The notes below the pieces were generated by a model. The model ran no database searches and was not told where the DNA came from. It was given only the letters and a program-made list of their open reading frames with translations. A stretch of 63,718 nt of DNA, the filler included, from Reclinomonas americana ATCC 50394 (Eukaryota), in NCBI GenBank assembly GCA_048213135.1. It is 6 parts of 6 records of this genome, joined end to end, with 100 filler letters (N's around TTAATTAATTAA, not from the genome) between each part and the next. Parts side by side here need not be neighbours in the genome. Positions count along the whole stretch, not along the records: positions 1 to 21,596 come from PS015871.1; 5 more parts are not named here. One strand, given 5' to 3'. A program made the translations under genes and the position numbers. Shown here piece by piece: positions 1 through 13,600 of this stretch (the first letter of the stretch is position 1; every line of letters starts with the position of its first letter).

Positions 1-1066
1 TGGGAAAAACAGCATTCACTGCACCTTGTGCATGTCTTGTTGATGTTTCTTCAGCGCCGACTTGGTGAACATGAGCTGCTCCTCGAAGAAGGCCTTCTTC
101 GAGCGGAGGCACACGTCACTGTGGATTGGGGGAGATATCAGCAAACAGAAAACTCATAAAACTCACAACAAACGACAATAACATACCAGAAATGCAGCTG
201 ATGGGCGGTACGGGCGTGATCCTGCAGCTCGCGAAGGTGCTTGAAGCGATGTCCGTCGGCACACGCCGAGCACGTGGGCCGTCGCAGATTCCGCAGCACC
301 GTCAGCGTCTCTCGACTGTCGGCATACACCTGCCACACGCGATCGAGCTGCAGACCATCGGGGCCACTACCGCTGCCACCGGCGCCCTCCGCCTCGGGCA
401 CCTCGACGCGATCCGCCACGCTCTTGGCCCGCATGAGATCCTCAAAGCGCACCGTGCGATCGGCCGTGACCACCAACTCGGCCATATCCTGCTTGCACAG
501 CGGGCAGCGCCGATCGCGATGCAGCACGCGCAAACGGAGCGCGCACAAGTGGCAAATGTCGGGGTGGTTGCAGGGCCCAACGCCCCACAGCCCACGCTCC
601 TCAAAGCACACCACGCAGTGCCGACCATCGCCACTCGGACTAATCGTCACTGTCGCGGACGCCGATTCCGCAGCTGCAGTCACCGGCAGCTGCATGCGTG
701 CCGGGCGACGCGCATCCGCCGGCTTGTTTCTGTTCCTGTTCCTCTTGGAATGTGCTGGCGCCGAGTCCGCGTCAACTGCGTAACGGGGAGCCATTTTGAG
801 ACAGGGGGCGTATTTCTGGCTCCTTTTCTCTATAAGTGCATACCGCGTGACTCTGCAGCCGCAGTGTCTGCACCGGCGTGGCCTCCACGTCGACGTGGAG
901 GCGGGCGAGGTGCTGCTGCTGCTTCTCCGGATCCGCCTGCTGCCTCTGCGCGTTCTCCTCCTCCTTGTCGTCGCGGATGCTGATGGCGACGACGAGCAGA
1001 GGAAGGCATGTGAAAGGGAGGTGCATCGGAACGCAAGGAGCCTCCACCGCCACCGGGATCACTCAT
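1..1066 (-). CDS. ZNF598: RING E3 ligase, ZNF598/Hel2-like (ribosome quality control); 3' part runs off window
   Basis: RING CVVC..CNHPDICHLCALRLRVLHRDRRCPLCK followed by C2H2-like fingers (CSAC..FKHLRELQDHARTAH, CDVC); GT-AG introns near 776-843 and 119-186. Confidence 0.8.
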
Positions 1067-1837
1067 TGTGTTATTAAAAAGAGAGAAAGAGACGGACGAG
1101 GGGGAAAAGAGAGAGAGGGGGGATTACTTTAGTTTAACTGCGTGTGTGTGAGAGAGTCAGTGAGTGATTGAGGGTGGTTGAGGGATGCGTGCAAGGCGTG
1201 CGTACCTTAAAAAACTATTCAACAGACAAGGGAGAGAGAGAGAGAACACGCGTGCGTGCGATCGATAGTGCAACGTGATTTAATTTCCACGGGCCGATCC
1301 AGTCAGCCGACATTGCTTTTTTGTGACTAGACGCAGCAGGTGCGCAGCGTTCTCTCTGTCACACACGCACATCTGTATGCGTGTGTGCGTGTGTGTAGCT
1401 CTCACGCGTGTGTGTGTCACTTGCATGTGTGCGTGCGTGCGTCAGCAGTGTAACGTTTGTTTTTTTGGGAGAGATGTCGCACTCGCACTCTCTCGCGTGC
1501 TCTCATGTGGCACTCTACCTCTCTCGCTCTCTTATTGTGTGTGGGTGTGTGTGTCTGTCTGCACACGAGGTGTGTGTGCCAGTAATATTTGTGGTTTCTT
1601 TTGTGTGTGTTGTGCGTGCAATGACTGACCTTCGTCTTGTCCACCTCCGTCCTCATCTTGTCCACAGTGTCTTATCCCCTTCTCTCTCTCTCTCTCTCTT
1701 TCTCTCTGTCTTTCTCTCCTCTGTGTTGTGTGTGTGTGTGCTTGTTGATCGCTCACACACGCGCGCGTGCTCACTTCTCTCTCTCTCTGTGTGTGTGTGT
1801 GATCACTTCCGATCTCTGTGTGCGCAGACAAAGGAGA

Positions 1838-3175
1838 ATGGCAGGCATGGAACGACGATTGCAGCGTTGCGTATGCATACCTCACACTCTCAACACACAC
1901 TCTCACCACACACTGCTGCACACACCAGCTTTTCTCTGCCTCACTCACTTACATCCTCTCTCTCTTTTTGTGCTCACACTGCAGGCGAGATCAAGCAGCT
2001 GCTTGAGAGTTGCGTCCGTGTCTCGCTCTTGCCCTCTCCCTGCGTTGTGCTATTTTCCGGGAGATCGAACGCAGCCATGCTCATATTAGATTTTTTTCGT
2101 GTGTTGTGCAGCTCCTGTGGATGGCATGGTGGTAAGACCGTCGGAGGAGAACTTCCGCTACTTGCAGGTGGAGCTGATGGGTCCCGTGGACAGCCCGTTT
2201 GGTGCGTGTTTTCATTTTGGTTGATCTGTGCTCAAGTTTGAGTGTCGCACTCACTGTTTGGTGCTGCTGCTGCAGAGGGTGCGTGTTGCTGGGTGTTCAT
2301 TTTCAGCACCGGCTATGATGATGATGTTCATGTGTGCACAGGCGGAAAGTTCCACCTGGAGTTGTTCTTGCAAGATGGGTACCCACTGGACCCACCGAAG
2401 GTGTGCTGCAGCATGTACCCAACAGTGTGGAGCATTCTGTGATGCTCACCACGCCATTTCTGTCGCAGGTCCGCTTCCTGACCAAGATCTATCACGTGCG
2501 TCGACTGTGCACGCGTGTGTGTGTGCTGGCTTGAGTGTTGTGCTCACTTGTGCGCGTTGTTTGTTCCCGATAGCCAAATGTCGACCGTGTCGGTGAGTCG
2601 TGCATCAATCATGCGTGTGTGTCGTGGATATGCATTGATTCTGATCTGCGTCGTGATGGTAGGACGCATCTGCCTGGACATCCTGAAGGTTGCTTGCGCT
2701 GGAAGTCTTGCTGACAAGCGTCGTGCGTTGTTGCTCATTGTTGCTCTCGTGTTTTTTCTTTGAAACCTCCTCCAACAACAGGATCGGTAAGACGAGTCGC
2801 TCTCTCTTTTCTCTGCATTGTGGGAACACGAACTCTCACACTCTTTCCTTGCTTGATTTTCACATTAGCTGGTCACCCGCTCTGACTGTCAGCACGGTGT
2901 GTGTGTGTGTTTTGCGAGTGGATGTGCCTGTGAAGCGCAGCTGCTGATCGGTGGTGTTTCCATGCAGGTGTTGCTCTCCATTCAGGCACTGATGAGCGCC
3001 CCCAATCCGGACGACCCACTGGTCAGTGCCATGCGCTTCTGTCTCTCTCCTTCTCGTCGTCCCCCTCATCCTTCCTCACACTCCTCAGGACAACACAATC
3101 GCCGACATGTGGATCCACCGTGAGCAAGAAGCGCTGCGCCTTGCGCGCGAGTGGACCCGGTTGTATGCCATGTAA
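1838..3175 (+). CDS. UBC13: Ubiquitin-conjugating enzyme E2, Ubc13/UBE2N-like, copy 1 (12 exons)
   Basis: Spliced product [98 protein letters not shown] motif and catalytic Cys intact. Confidence 0.9.
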
Positions 3176-3318
3176 TCTGCCACTCGACGCCCCACCGTGT
3201 GACAAAAGTAAACTCTCGATCGTCACTCGCACACCTCTCCCCTCGCGATGAAGGAAAAAATACCGATGAGAAATTACGTCAGTCACCAGTCTCTTCCGTG
3301 CGACCCAGGAGAGCAGCC

Positions 3319-4481
3319 ATGGCGAACATGGGCAGGTAACATTGTTAGAGAGAAGCTCTCCTCACATCTCCCTCCATATCCTCACGCATGGCGACTTGTG
3401 TGCAATGACAGACGTGTTGCAAGGGAGGTGTCGGTGCGTTCAACACCCCCCCCTCTGCACTCACTCACTCACTCACTCAACTCACACTAATGATGCTTTG
3501 CCTCTCTCTGTCTCCATTGCGCAGGATCTGCTGACCCGACCCGAGCCCGGCATGGTTGTGCGTCGCGGATGGGAAGTGAATGATCGGTACTCATCGTCTG
3601 TCTCACTCTCTCTCCTCCCTGCTCCTCGCCTCTCCCTCTCTCTCTCACACGCACTCTCACTGCCACAGATACCTCATTGTCAATCTGGACGGCCCGCCAG
3701 GCACTCCCTACGAGGAGGGTGCGTGTGCATCACTCACTGCTGTTGTCTCTCATACTCTCACCTCACTCACTCGCAGGCACCTTTGTTGTCGAGTTGTTCT
3801 TGCCTGGTTCGTCTCCCTCTCTCTTTCCCTCTCCACCTCTCATGTCGCCGCCACACGCTCACTCACTGATGATTGCAGACGAGTATCCTCTCGGTATTGT
3901 TCTTCTCGTTCTTGCCTCCTTTCCCCTCCCGCTTCTGCCACTGAGCGTTGCGCAACAGTGCCACCTCGCGCGCGGTTCTGCACTCGCATCTACCATCCAA
4001 ACATTGACCGAGTCGGGCGCATCTGCCTCGATCTGCTGAAGGACAAGTGGTGCGAGCTCACTCCCTCCGCTGGCTGCTGTTGGTGTGATAGAGTCCTGAC
4101 GCTTCTCCGTTGCTGAACAGGAGTCCGGCACTGACAATCGAGAAGCTGTTGTTGGCGTTGCAGGCGTTGATGTGGTGCGTGCTCTTTTGGGTTCCTGGCC
4201 GTCGCTCCGTTCTCATTCCTCGTGCGCAGCGATCCGGAGCCCGATGATCCTCTGGTGATTGTATTCTTGAAGGAAGTATGGTTGTTTTGCGCCACCACTC
4301 ACAGCGTGCGCTCGCAGGATACGACCGCGGCCGATCACTGGAAGAGCGATATCGAAGACGCGCATGCCGTTGGTTCGTGTGGGTGTGCTTGGCCTACCGT
4401 GCACACACACGCATTGTCTCCTCACTCGCTGTGTTTTTCACTACACCAGCTCGAGAGTGGACGTCGCGCTTCGCCACCTGA
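3319..4481 (+). CDS. Ubiquitin-conjugating enzyme E2, Ubc13-like, copy 2 (11 exons)
   Basis: Spliced product [86 protein letters not shown]. Confidence 0.88.
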
Positions 4482-4629
4482 TCTGCTGCTTCTCGTTTTC
4501 TGCCGTCTCTCCTTCTTCTGCTCACGCTTTCATTTTGTATTGTGTTTGTGATGAGCAACAAAACAATGCCGATACAACATGTCTTCACCACCCACCCGCT
4601 CCCTCTTTTTTTTCTCCTGACGCACTCGT

Positions 4630-7600
4630 CTACGGATCGCTGGTGAGATTTCGCGTCGTCATGAGCACTCGTCGCTTCGTCCAGTGGGCGCGGTCGTCGC
4701 AGCGGAGGCGAGCGTAGCCCAGCAACTCTGTGTCGTCGCAGCGAATGTGATAGACCGGGCACAGGTACGCCGTCGCCACATCCGAGTCACGCCGATCAAA
4801 GGACGCCGGTCGAGCCCACAGCTGNNNNNNNNNNNNNNNNNNNNNNNNNNNNNNNNNNNNNNNNNNNNNNNNNNNNNNNNNNNNNNNNNNNNNNNNNNNN
4901 NNNNNNNNNNNNNNNNNNNNNNNNNNNNNNNNNNNNNNNNNNNNNNNNNNNNNNNNNNNNNNNNNNNNNNNNNNNNNNNNNNNNNNNNNNNNNNNNNNNN
5001 NNNNNNNNNNNNNNNNNNNNNNNNNNNNNNNNNNNNNNNNNNNNNNNNNNNNNNNNNNNNNNNNNNNNNNNNNNNNNNNNNNNNNNNNNNNNNNNNNNNN
5101 NNNNNNNNNNNNNNNNNNNNNNNNNNNNNNNNNNNNNNNNNNNNNNNNNNNNNNNNNNNNNNNNNNNNNNNNNNNNNNNNNNNNNNNNNNNNNNNNNNNN
5201 NNNNNNNNNNNNNNNNNNNNNNNNNNNNNNNNNNNNNNNNNNNNNNNNNNNNNNNNNNNNNNNNNNNNNNNNNNNNNNNNNNNNNNNNNNNNNNNNNNNN
5301 NNNNNNNNNNNNNNNNNNNNNNNNNNNNNNNNNNNNNNNNNNNNNNNNNNNNNNNNNNNNNNNNNNNNNNNNNNNNNNNNNNNNNNNNNNNNNNNNNNNN
5401 NNNNNNNNNNNNNNNNNNNNNNNNNGGGCGCCACATCCTGCGCCGTGGTCGGATTGCCGACGTTGAACTCGAGCGTCACGCTCTCCATCGACACGCGATT
5501 CTTGCGCGCGTAGGCCACACGCAAACTGCTCAGCAGCGACGACGGACGCGCCACGTCACCCAGGTTGATGGCTAGCGGCGCACCCGAGGCAGTGTCACTG
5601 GCAAGCCACTCGCGCAGGGCGGCGACACGCCGCAGCACCACTTCGTGCACGAACTGATCGATGGGAGCCGACACGTACATGTCTGCGACACCGCGGCTCC
5701 CGCTGCTGCTGGTACCACTGCTGCCGCAGTGCGCCAGCCACGACGATGGCACACCGGTGCGTGCCAGCAGCGCGTTACGCACCTCGTCAAAGTCCTCACG
5801 AGGCCGGCCACCACGCAGCACATCCAGCACGCCACGCAGACTGCCACCGATACTGTCGAGCAAGTCGTTGCATAGTGTCAGCTCGTCGTGCAGCACCGCG
5901 TTGCAGGGTGTGTGCAGTGTGGCCGGTCGCTCGCGTCGCACCCGCGACAAGTCGAACATAGGTGGCAGGCGCTGCAAGGCGCGCGTCACCGCCGTCGACA
6001 CGCGCTCCGAAGCGGTGAGTGGCAGGCCGGCATCCATCAGTGCGCCAACAGCCACATCATCCAACTGCTGCTCGGTGCCGTCCACGGCATCCACCTCGTT
6101 GCCGCTGCTGGTGCGCTCCAGAGGTCGCAGGTGCGACGGCATGTTGAGTGCCACCAGTACTTGCTCTCGGTCGCGGTTGTAGCGGAGAGGCGCCACCGAG
6201 TCAAACAAGCCACACAGTGCCGGCGGCACGCAGTCGGGAAGGCGACGCACACGTTCCTCCAGCGTCAACTCGTTCACATCAATGGCAATGGCCGCCGTCA
6301 GCGTCTCAGCGGCCGGTCGCACATGAATCAGTCGGTGCACCTCAGTGGCAATGCTGAGGCGGCGCGTGGACGTACGATCGATCGGGAACAGCATGGTGTC
6401 CGGACCGCCGAGGAAACTAGTTTGTACGGCCGGACCGCCTTTGCTGCCTTGTCGCAGCATGCGCGGCAGCGCCGTCGCCCCTTCATCGATGCTTCCGTCG
6501 ATACTGACGCGCAAACGAGTCATTGTGGCGGCGACCTTATCCGGCTCACGGAACACGTCTTCCACTAGCGCAGCCAGCACTAGCTCATCCACATGTGTGC
6601 GCACACGACCGCCTGTGTACGAGAGGATTTTTGTGAGTGAAAACGCGCCGCTGATGAAGGCTTGTACTTCCCAGCAAAACTCACCATAGATGCACTCGGT
6701 GAGCATCTTGCACAGTGTCGGCAGGCACGACTCGTCGGCCGCCGCATTGCGCATCACGCCACGAAGCATCCACAGCGAGTAGTCGACATCGCCGCCGGAG
6801 AACTCGTACCGTGCGCTCCAGCCATGATTGCCGTACTCTCCGCGCTCCAACAGCACCGCGTGCAGCATGGAGAGCAGCACCAGCGTCCGATCCCACAACT
6901 CTCGTCGACTGGTCGACATGTCGCCCATGGTCGGCACAATGGTCTGCGACATGACTTCCCCAGTGGCGAGGCTGCTCAGCAGGCGATCTCGCAGCGTGCG
7001 ATGCGGCTCCCACGCAAACACCACCGCCTCGTCCAACAGCGAGGCGGGAACGCCGGAACACAGCGCACTGTGCATTTTAAAGGGCCTCTGGTTAGTTCCT
7101 TTGGATCTCACTACGAGGTGAAGAAGTGCTCGCAAACCTGGTCAGCCACAGACGGAAGTCGCTATGCACCGGCACGTTGCGATCACGCAGCACGTGTCGC
7201 AGTTCATGCAGCTGTGCTTGCAAGCTGCTCGAGTCCAGCAGATGCAGGCCCTGCAGGACCACCCAGTGGCCCCAGACCATGCTCTGAATCATGGCCGACC
7301 GATCAAAGGAACGGTTCTTGTCGCCCAACGCCACAATGCTCACTCGGTCGCGCATTTGCATCGCCGTGGCCGCATCCAGCAACGCCGACAGCGCATCGTG
7401 CTCGGGACTCGACTGCCACACCAGAATCGGTGTTTCGCGTGTGCTGATGCGCACCAATGGCCGCAAGTCGCTGACATCTTGCGTGTCGGCAAACGCCATA
7501 CCCAACTCGTCGTGCTGCACAGAGGAGACCGTGAGGAGAGGAACTCAAGAGGCTAAGCGACTGCATGCACGCCAACACTCACCAGGTACTCGCGAACAGC

Positions 7601-10600
7601 CGGTTGGAACTGATCCGGCCGCAAGGCGCACACCACCAACAGTCGCGTGAACGAGGTCAGTCGCGGCTCCGGCACAGTCAGCGTCGAATCGTCATCCTCG
7701 CTCTCGACAGGTACATCTTCCTGGATGTGCCGATGGCCGCCGGCGTTTGCGTTGCTTGCGCGGCGTTGTTGTTGCTGGTGAAGCGACGGAACGGCCAGCG
7801 ACATGCGACGCATGTCGACTGCACCAGAATCACGCCGCTGCGACTGCTGCACCGACGGGCGTCGTGAGTCGGTCACAGCCGGCGCAGCTGCCGACGCCAA
7901 CACTGAAGGTCTCCGATCACGCGATTGCTCAGACGCCGGCCGCTCCACAACAATCATAGAGTGGCGGCGAGCAGGATCTTCCTCCGATGCACGTCTCTCC
8001 GTGGCCAGCGACCGCAGTGGCTGTGTGCTACTGCTGTCGGCGGTGGCGACTGATGGCCGCCGACTTGGGTCTGACGGCCGTCGTTGAGAGTCGGCAGTCA
8101 GCGGCGACGACAGACGACCGTCCAGTGATCCTCGGCCGAGGCCTTGCGACGCCGGCCGTCCTTCCGACTGCTGCCGAGCGAGTCCACTGTCACGCGGCGA
8201 CTGATTGGAGGTTGACTCTGTGCGCGAGCGGTACGGCGTTTCGCGTGGCGCGAGGCGATCGCGCGCCGGCACCACCGATTTCGGGTCGACCTTGGGAATG
8301 GCCCACGCCATGCCCGGCAGGGGCCACAGTGCCGACTCGGCGTGGTCGTGCCACTCCTCCCACTCGTTTGAGCTCTTGTGAATGGCAGAAATCAGATCCA
8401 CCGTGTTGGTGGCCACGCAAACGCGCAAGAGTCGCTGCCAGCGTCTCTCATCAAGCCAGTGTGGCGCCGTGCGGCAGGCCTCCGGCACCGCGGTCAAGTG
8501 CTCGTCCAGATCGCGACCGGCGGCCTCAAACGGATCGAGCAGCAGTCGCCATTCGGCCGTTGTGATCCACCCGGACGCGAGCTGCATCTTGCTGCACATG
8601 AGCAGGCCGAAAGCTAGTCGCTCACGCGAGAACAAAGAGCGCGAGGCGGCACGATACAGAGAAGCGTTGAACTCCTGCTGCACCTGCAACTTCCACTGCT
8701 CCAGTGCACGTTCTTCCCACTGGTTGAAGGCGGCAACGGCCGCCGCCTGCAGTCGCTCTGTCGCCTCCTCATCAATCTCACCAGTGACCGAGTCGTACAC
8801 CTCGCTGCCGTCGTCGCTTTCACCATCGAAACACGCAGCGCTATTGACGCCGTGTGGCGACAGCGACGGCCTGGCCAGCGCGACGGTCTCCTCCAGCGAC
8901 AAGCCCAGGAACGAAGATGGCTCCGGGAACTTGACGCGATCCAGAGCCTGCTCAAAGAGACCGCGCAACCACTTGCCGGAGTATGCCGTGGTTGCCAGCC
9001 GATGCGCCGTCAACCCACGCAGTAGGAGGAAGCAAGTCACGGCACCGTCGGCCAAACTCTGGTATCGTGCTCGGCGAGCCACCAATACTTGTCGCTGTCG
9101 TTCCAGCTCGGGCAAGTGCACGGCAAGACGGCGGGCCCGCTCGCGACAAGACTCCAAGTGCATCAGCAGCTCATCGCTGTCGACGAGAGCATCCATGTCG
9201 GTGTTCGCCACTGCCGTGACCACGGCGATTTCGTTTTCTTCCAGTTCCTTCTTCTCCCTGGTGTGCACCTGCTCGTTGCGCAGACATTTCGCCTCCAACT
9301 CGGCATCTGTGTGCATATGCACCAGACACACAATTCAGTGACTGCTTCTTATAGATGGAGAAAAGTGCACGAACCTCGGCGAATGGCCACATCGGCGCGG
9401 AGGCGATCGCGGAGTGACTCAACCGTCGGTGTAAAGTTGATGAGGTTGACGTATGCTGTCGAGTAGTCAATCTGGCGCACGAGCACGATGAGACACAGAC
9501 AAAAGGAGCACGACAAAAAATGGACAGTAGTGCGAATAAGTGTCACCGACCTTGCTTGGCGGTGAGTGCCGGCGAGTGATGATGAACAGACGGAAGTCTG
9601 GATGAGGATCCACGGGACCATCCGGCAGCACCAGGGGACCAGTCTCGTGCACTTGTTGCCACTTTGTGTTCATGTGCCGAGTGAAGACTGTTAGCAACCA
9701 ACAGACCAAGCTGCACGGCTGCGTCGACTCACCGGTCGCTGCACCAGTCGGAAGAGGTACGACGACAGCTCCTCGCCCACTTGGACAATCAGAGTGGTTC
9801 CGTTGACCACGGCATTGTTCACATGCTGCGCAATCGAGTCCTCCAAGTCGAGCACCATTGATGCGGCTGGTGACATGGCCTGAATCCACTGCTGGCAGTT
9901 CATTTCCGGATCTGCAATGCCACAAAATGTGAGTCGTGGCCGAGGAAACAAGATGCACTGTGACACGACCAACCAATGATAAGAGGCCAGGTACATGACT
10001 GGCGCTCAACGATGCACGTGATGATCCCGCTCTCCGTGTTGGAATCATCGATGAGCACATTCTTGGCGTGCCACTGCGCAATCTCTTGCGGCTGCGTTCG
10101 AATGATTGTCAAAGTGAGAGGAATGCAACACTCCACAGCGAACAAAGTCGCGACACGGACGCAACGTCTCCAATGGCGGCGATCAGATTGAACGATCCCG
10201 GCTGCAGCTCAAACATGGTCTCCCATCGCCCGATGATACGTTTGCGGAACTCAATAGGCATCGGGGCGCCATACACCACCACGCCAGCCGCCATCATTGT
10301 CTTCGCAGTGACCACCAGCATGTCCTTGCGCAGTTGCACCACTTGTGCCTCCCAGCGTACTTGTTCGCGAGTCAGCGATTCTACCAGGGCCTTGGCTTGC
10401 ACGAGTCGACGAACTGCCACTTCCAGCTGCAGACACACATATAGCATGAGAATGACAGTACAAGTGCAAGCATTCCGTGCGACAAAGGACCAACCTGCAG
10501 CTTCATCTCCTCCTGCCTACTCTCCAGCTCGTCGGCCTTAGCCTTCAGCAAGTTGTACTCTCCGGTCACACGCATGCGTGCTGCGTCCTTGGTTGCCAGT

Positions 10601-13600
10601 TCCTCACGCAGCTCAATCAGACGCGCATCAATCTCCTTCAGCAGCGCCTCCTTCGGTTTGAGACTGTCGGTGATGGTGCGGTACTTTTCCGAACTGCTCA
10701 GCCACGAATACAAACGGAAGGCGGCCACACTTGACGACGCCAAGCGCTCTGCACTCATGTCCGGGAGCGAGAGGTAGTGGCGAAGCTGGCGCAGTTGCAG
10801 GTCGGTGAGGTGGCGCGGCTCCATGCTGCGCAGGCGTGTCATAAAGTTGTCGGAGAGCAGTCGGCGACCGGCGGCCCAATAATCCAACACATGACTGCCG
10901 GCACTGGGACCTGCAACGCGGTCTGGCGACACCTCAAACAGCACACAAATGCACTCCATGGTGATCTTGAGGGCCGCCGAGGGAGCCTGAATGATGCGCA
11001 GTTCGGCGATTTCGCGTTTGCTCAGTTGTGAGATGGCCTCCTGTGCGTTGGCCTGCAGACACACACACACAGCGAAGACAAGTTAGTGAGTGAGTGATTG
11101 AACGACTGGAAGAGTGCGAGTGGACCGACCAGCGCAGGATAGGCACGAGACAGTTCGAGTGCACACTCGTCACGCAAGCGTTGCGCACGAATGTTTTCCT
11201 CTTTGGCATTCTCTTCCTCCTCCATGCACTGGCGTTGCGCGGCGTGGGCGGCGGCCAGGCGCTGCGGCAGCTCCTCCATGATACCCGCACTCTGCAGAGA
11301 CACTCAAGTTGTAAACATCATGCGTGGCAAAAGCGTGTGACAAGCGCGCGCGCGACGCACCTGCTCGCGTGCCTGCCCGATCTCGATCTGCAGTCATAGG
11401 TTTAGCACACTGTTGCATCGCGAACGAAGGGAGCATGGAAGACTGCCACACCTGCAGTTGAACTTGTCGGTGCTGCAGGGCATCGACCTGGTCAGTGGCC
11501 TTGAAGAGACACGCGAGTCCTTGCTGCACTGCCATGAGACGCCGCGACACGGACCCGAGGTGTTGCACGAGGAGCGGTTGACTGACGCCGAGGTAGCGAC
11601 CAAAGGTGACGCTGTTCACCACGGACGGCCACGTATCCTTGAACTCCAGCGACATGCGTTCGGCCTCCTGATGCACCTGCACGGCGATGCGCACAATGTC
11701 CTTCATGTCGTCTTCGGAGACCTGTTCAGACTCGCGCAGACTGGCAAATGCATCCTCGGCGAACGCGCGCAGTGGAATCGCTTCGAAGCTGCAAATCACA
11801 CAAGAAGCGTAAGGCATTGGATGGTGCAAGGTATGCAGTGCTGCCGCGTACGCACCGGTACACTGTCGCTGCCGTCACGGTGCTCTGATGATGATGCAAG
11901 TGGGTGGCGAACTTGAAGGCAGTCTGGTCGACGCAGAACATCACGTGGAGGTTGCTGCGCACGCGACGGCGGAAGCATGCGGCGAGTGCACGCGGTCGAA
12001 GAGCTTTTTCGTTTGCAATGTCGGTCCCCGTGAGAATCCCGGCCAGCTGCGCAAGTGCCGCGGACCATTCTTCACGCGAAAAGAGACCTGTGTGCGCACG
12101 AAGCGTGGTGCTCCATTAGCGACAAAACGCACACGACAATACACAGGCCAAGAGGTGACGACAAACCTGCCACCTCGCCACCGTCCATCAACTGAGCCAG
12201 ATCCTCCCAGCAACTCTCACTGGAGAGCTGATCGTCGCCGACAAGAAGCGCCACTTGTTGCGGATGCAACATGGCAGCGCGCAGCACCACAGACCGCAGA
12301 TCGGCGCGCCACGCCGCATAGCTCGAGTCGTGGACCAGCGAGCACGATGGTGGCTCGAACAGTTCACAGTCACTCACAAACGCTGCAGTCGACAACAGGA
12401 GTGATTGAGGTTGCTTATTCAAGGTCTGTATGTGAACAAACACAAATGCGCACCTGCCAAGCGACACAGTGAGCGACGACCGGATCCTCGCTGGCCAATG
12501 ACCAGGGCATGCGAGTGTGGTCGACGCAGCACGCGCTGCAGTCGACACAGGTGCATCACTGTTTCCTCTCGAACAACAATGCGCAGTGGCTCTTCGCTTG
12601 CATGCGTCTATGAAGAAGCGCAGAGATGGTTAGGAACGATCGCCACCGCGCATTGTACTCCACGTTGAGGCACGCAACTCGAGTGTAGTGGTCAATATCG
12701 TGACGCACGCGTTGTGTCAGCGCAGTTGAATCTCGGACTTCACGGTACAGCAGAGCGCCGACCTCGGAACCCTCGCGCTCAAAGGCTGCATTGCGGCGTG
12801 TGAGTGCATGGGAGAGAGAGCTCCGTGGAGAGTGCATGTGCCGCCAGCTTACCGAATAGAACCGGGTCCTCACTACGATACACCGACGTGTCGCTGTCGC
12901 ACTTGGTGCGCAGCGCCGTAAGCACGAGGTCATCCACACGACGGCGATCCGACTCGAACACTCGATCGGCGTACACGCGATACATCTCGTTCAGCCACAC
13001 TCGGAACACATCTTGCGGCTCGCACTGCCGCAAATCCACGGCCACCACACCACGCAACACGTCAGTCAGAGTGCTCATGGTGAACGTGTAGTGTGGTCGC
13101 ACGTCGGTGGGCGGCATACTGCGTCGCAGCTCCTCGTAGACCATAATCGACGTGTTGACAATCTTCTGCATCGCACGGTACACATCGGCGGAGAAGTCAC
13201 GGGCGCACGCTGAGAGCATCTCCAGCAAAATGTGTTGCAGTGTGGTCGTCTGTTCCAGAAGGAAAAATATCTCGGTTAGTATGCTATGCACACCTCCTGA
13301 TCCTTCCAGCCGCCGGTGACGCAACATTCTGCTCTGGTGAATGAATGCACCAGAAGTGGCGTGCGAGCTTGCTTGGCACCGGCACGCGCTCGTCCGCAGC
13401 GCCGACGAAAACCGTGTCCTCCAACTTGAAGAGAGTGCGCGAGCGCGGATGCACGAGCTGCTTGGAGCCAATGGTGCTGCGCAGCAGCTCCAACGGTGCG
13501 TCGCTGGTGGCGGCGTGCACCACCTTGTCCACATCGTCCACGTGCACCACGGCCACCTTGTTGGCAGGTGCACCGAGAGCTCCCGACCTGAGGCGCTGCA

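Noticed and set aside
126..983. Long antisense ORFs (also 8382-9341, 37544-38545)
   Set aside because: Shadows of GC-rich coding sequence on the other strand, with no recognisable motifs
7062..7136. Apparent non-canonical dynein junction
   Set aside because: A downstream cacag acceptor gives canonical GT-AG and FRLWLTSALC
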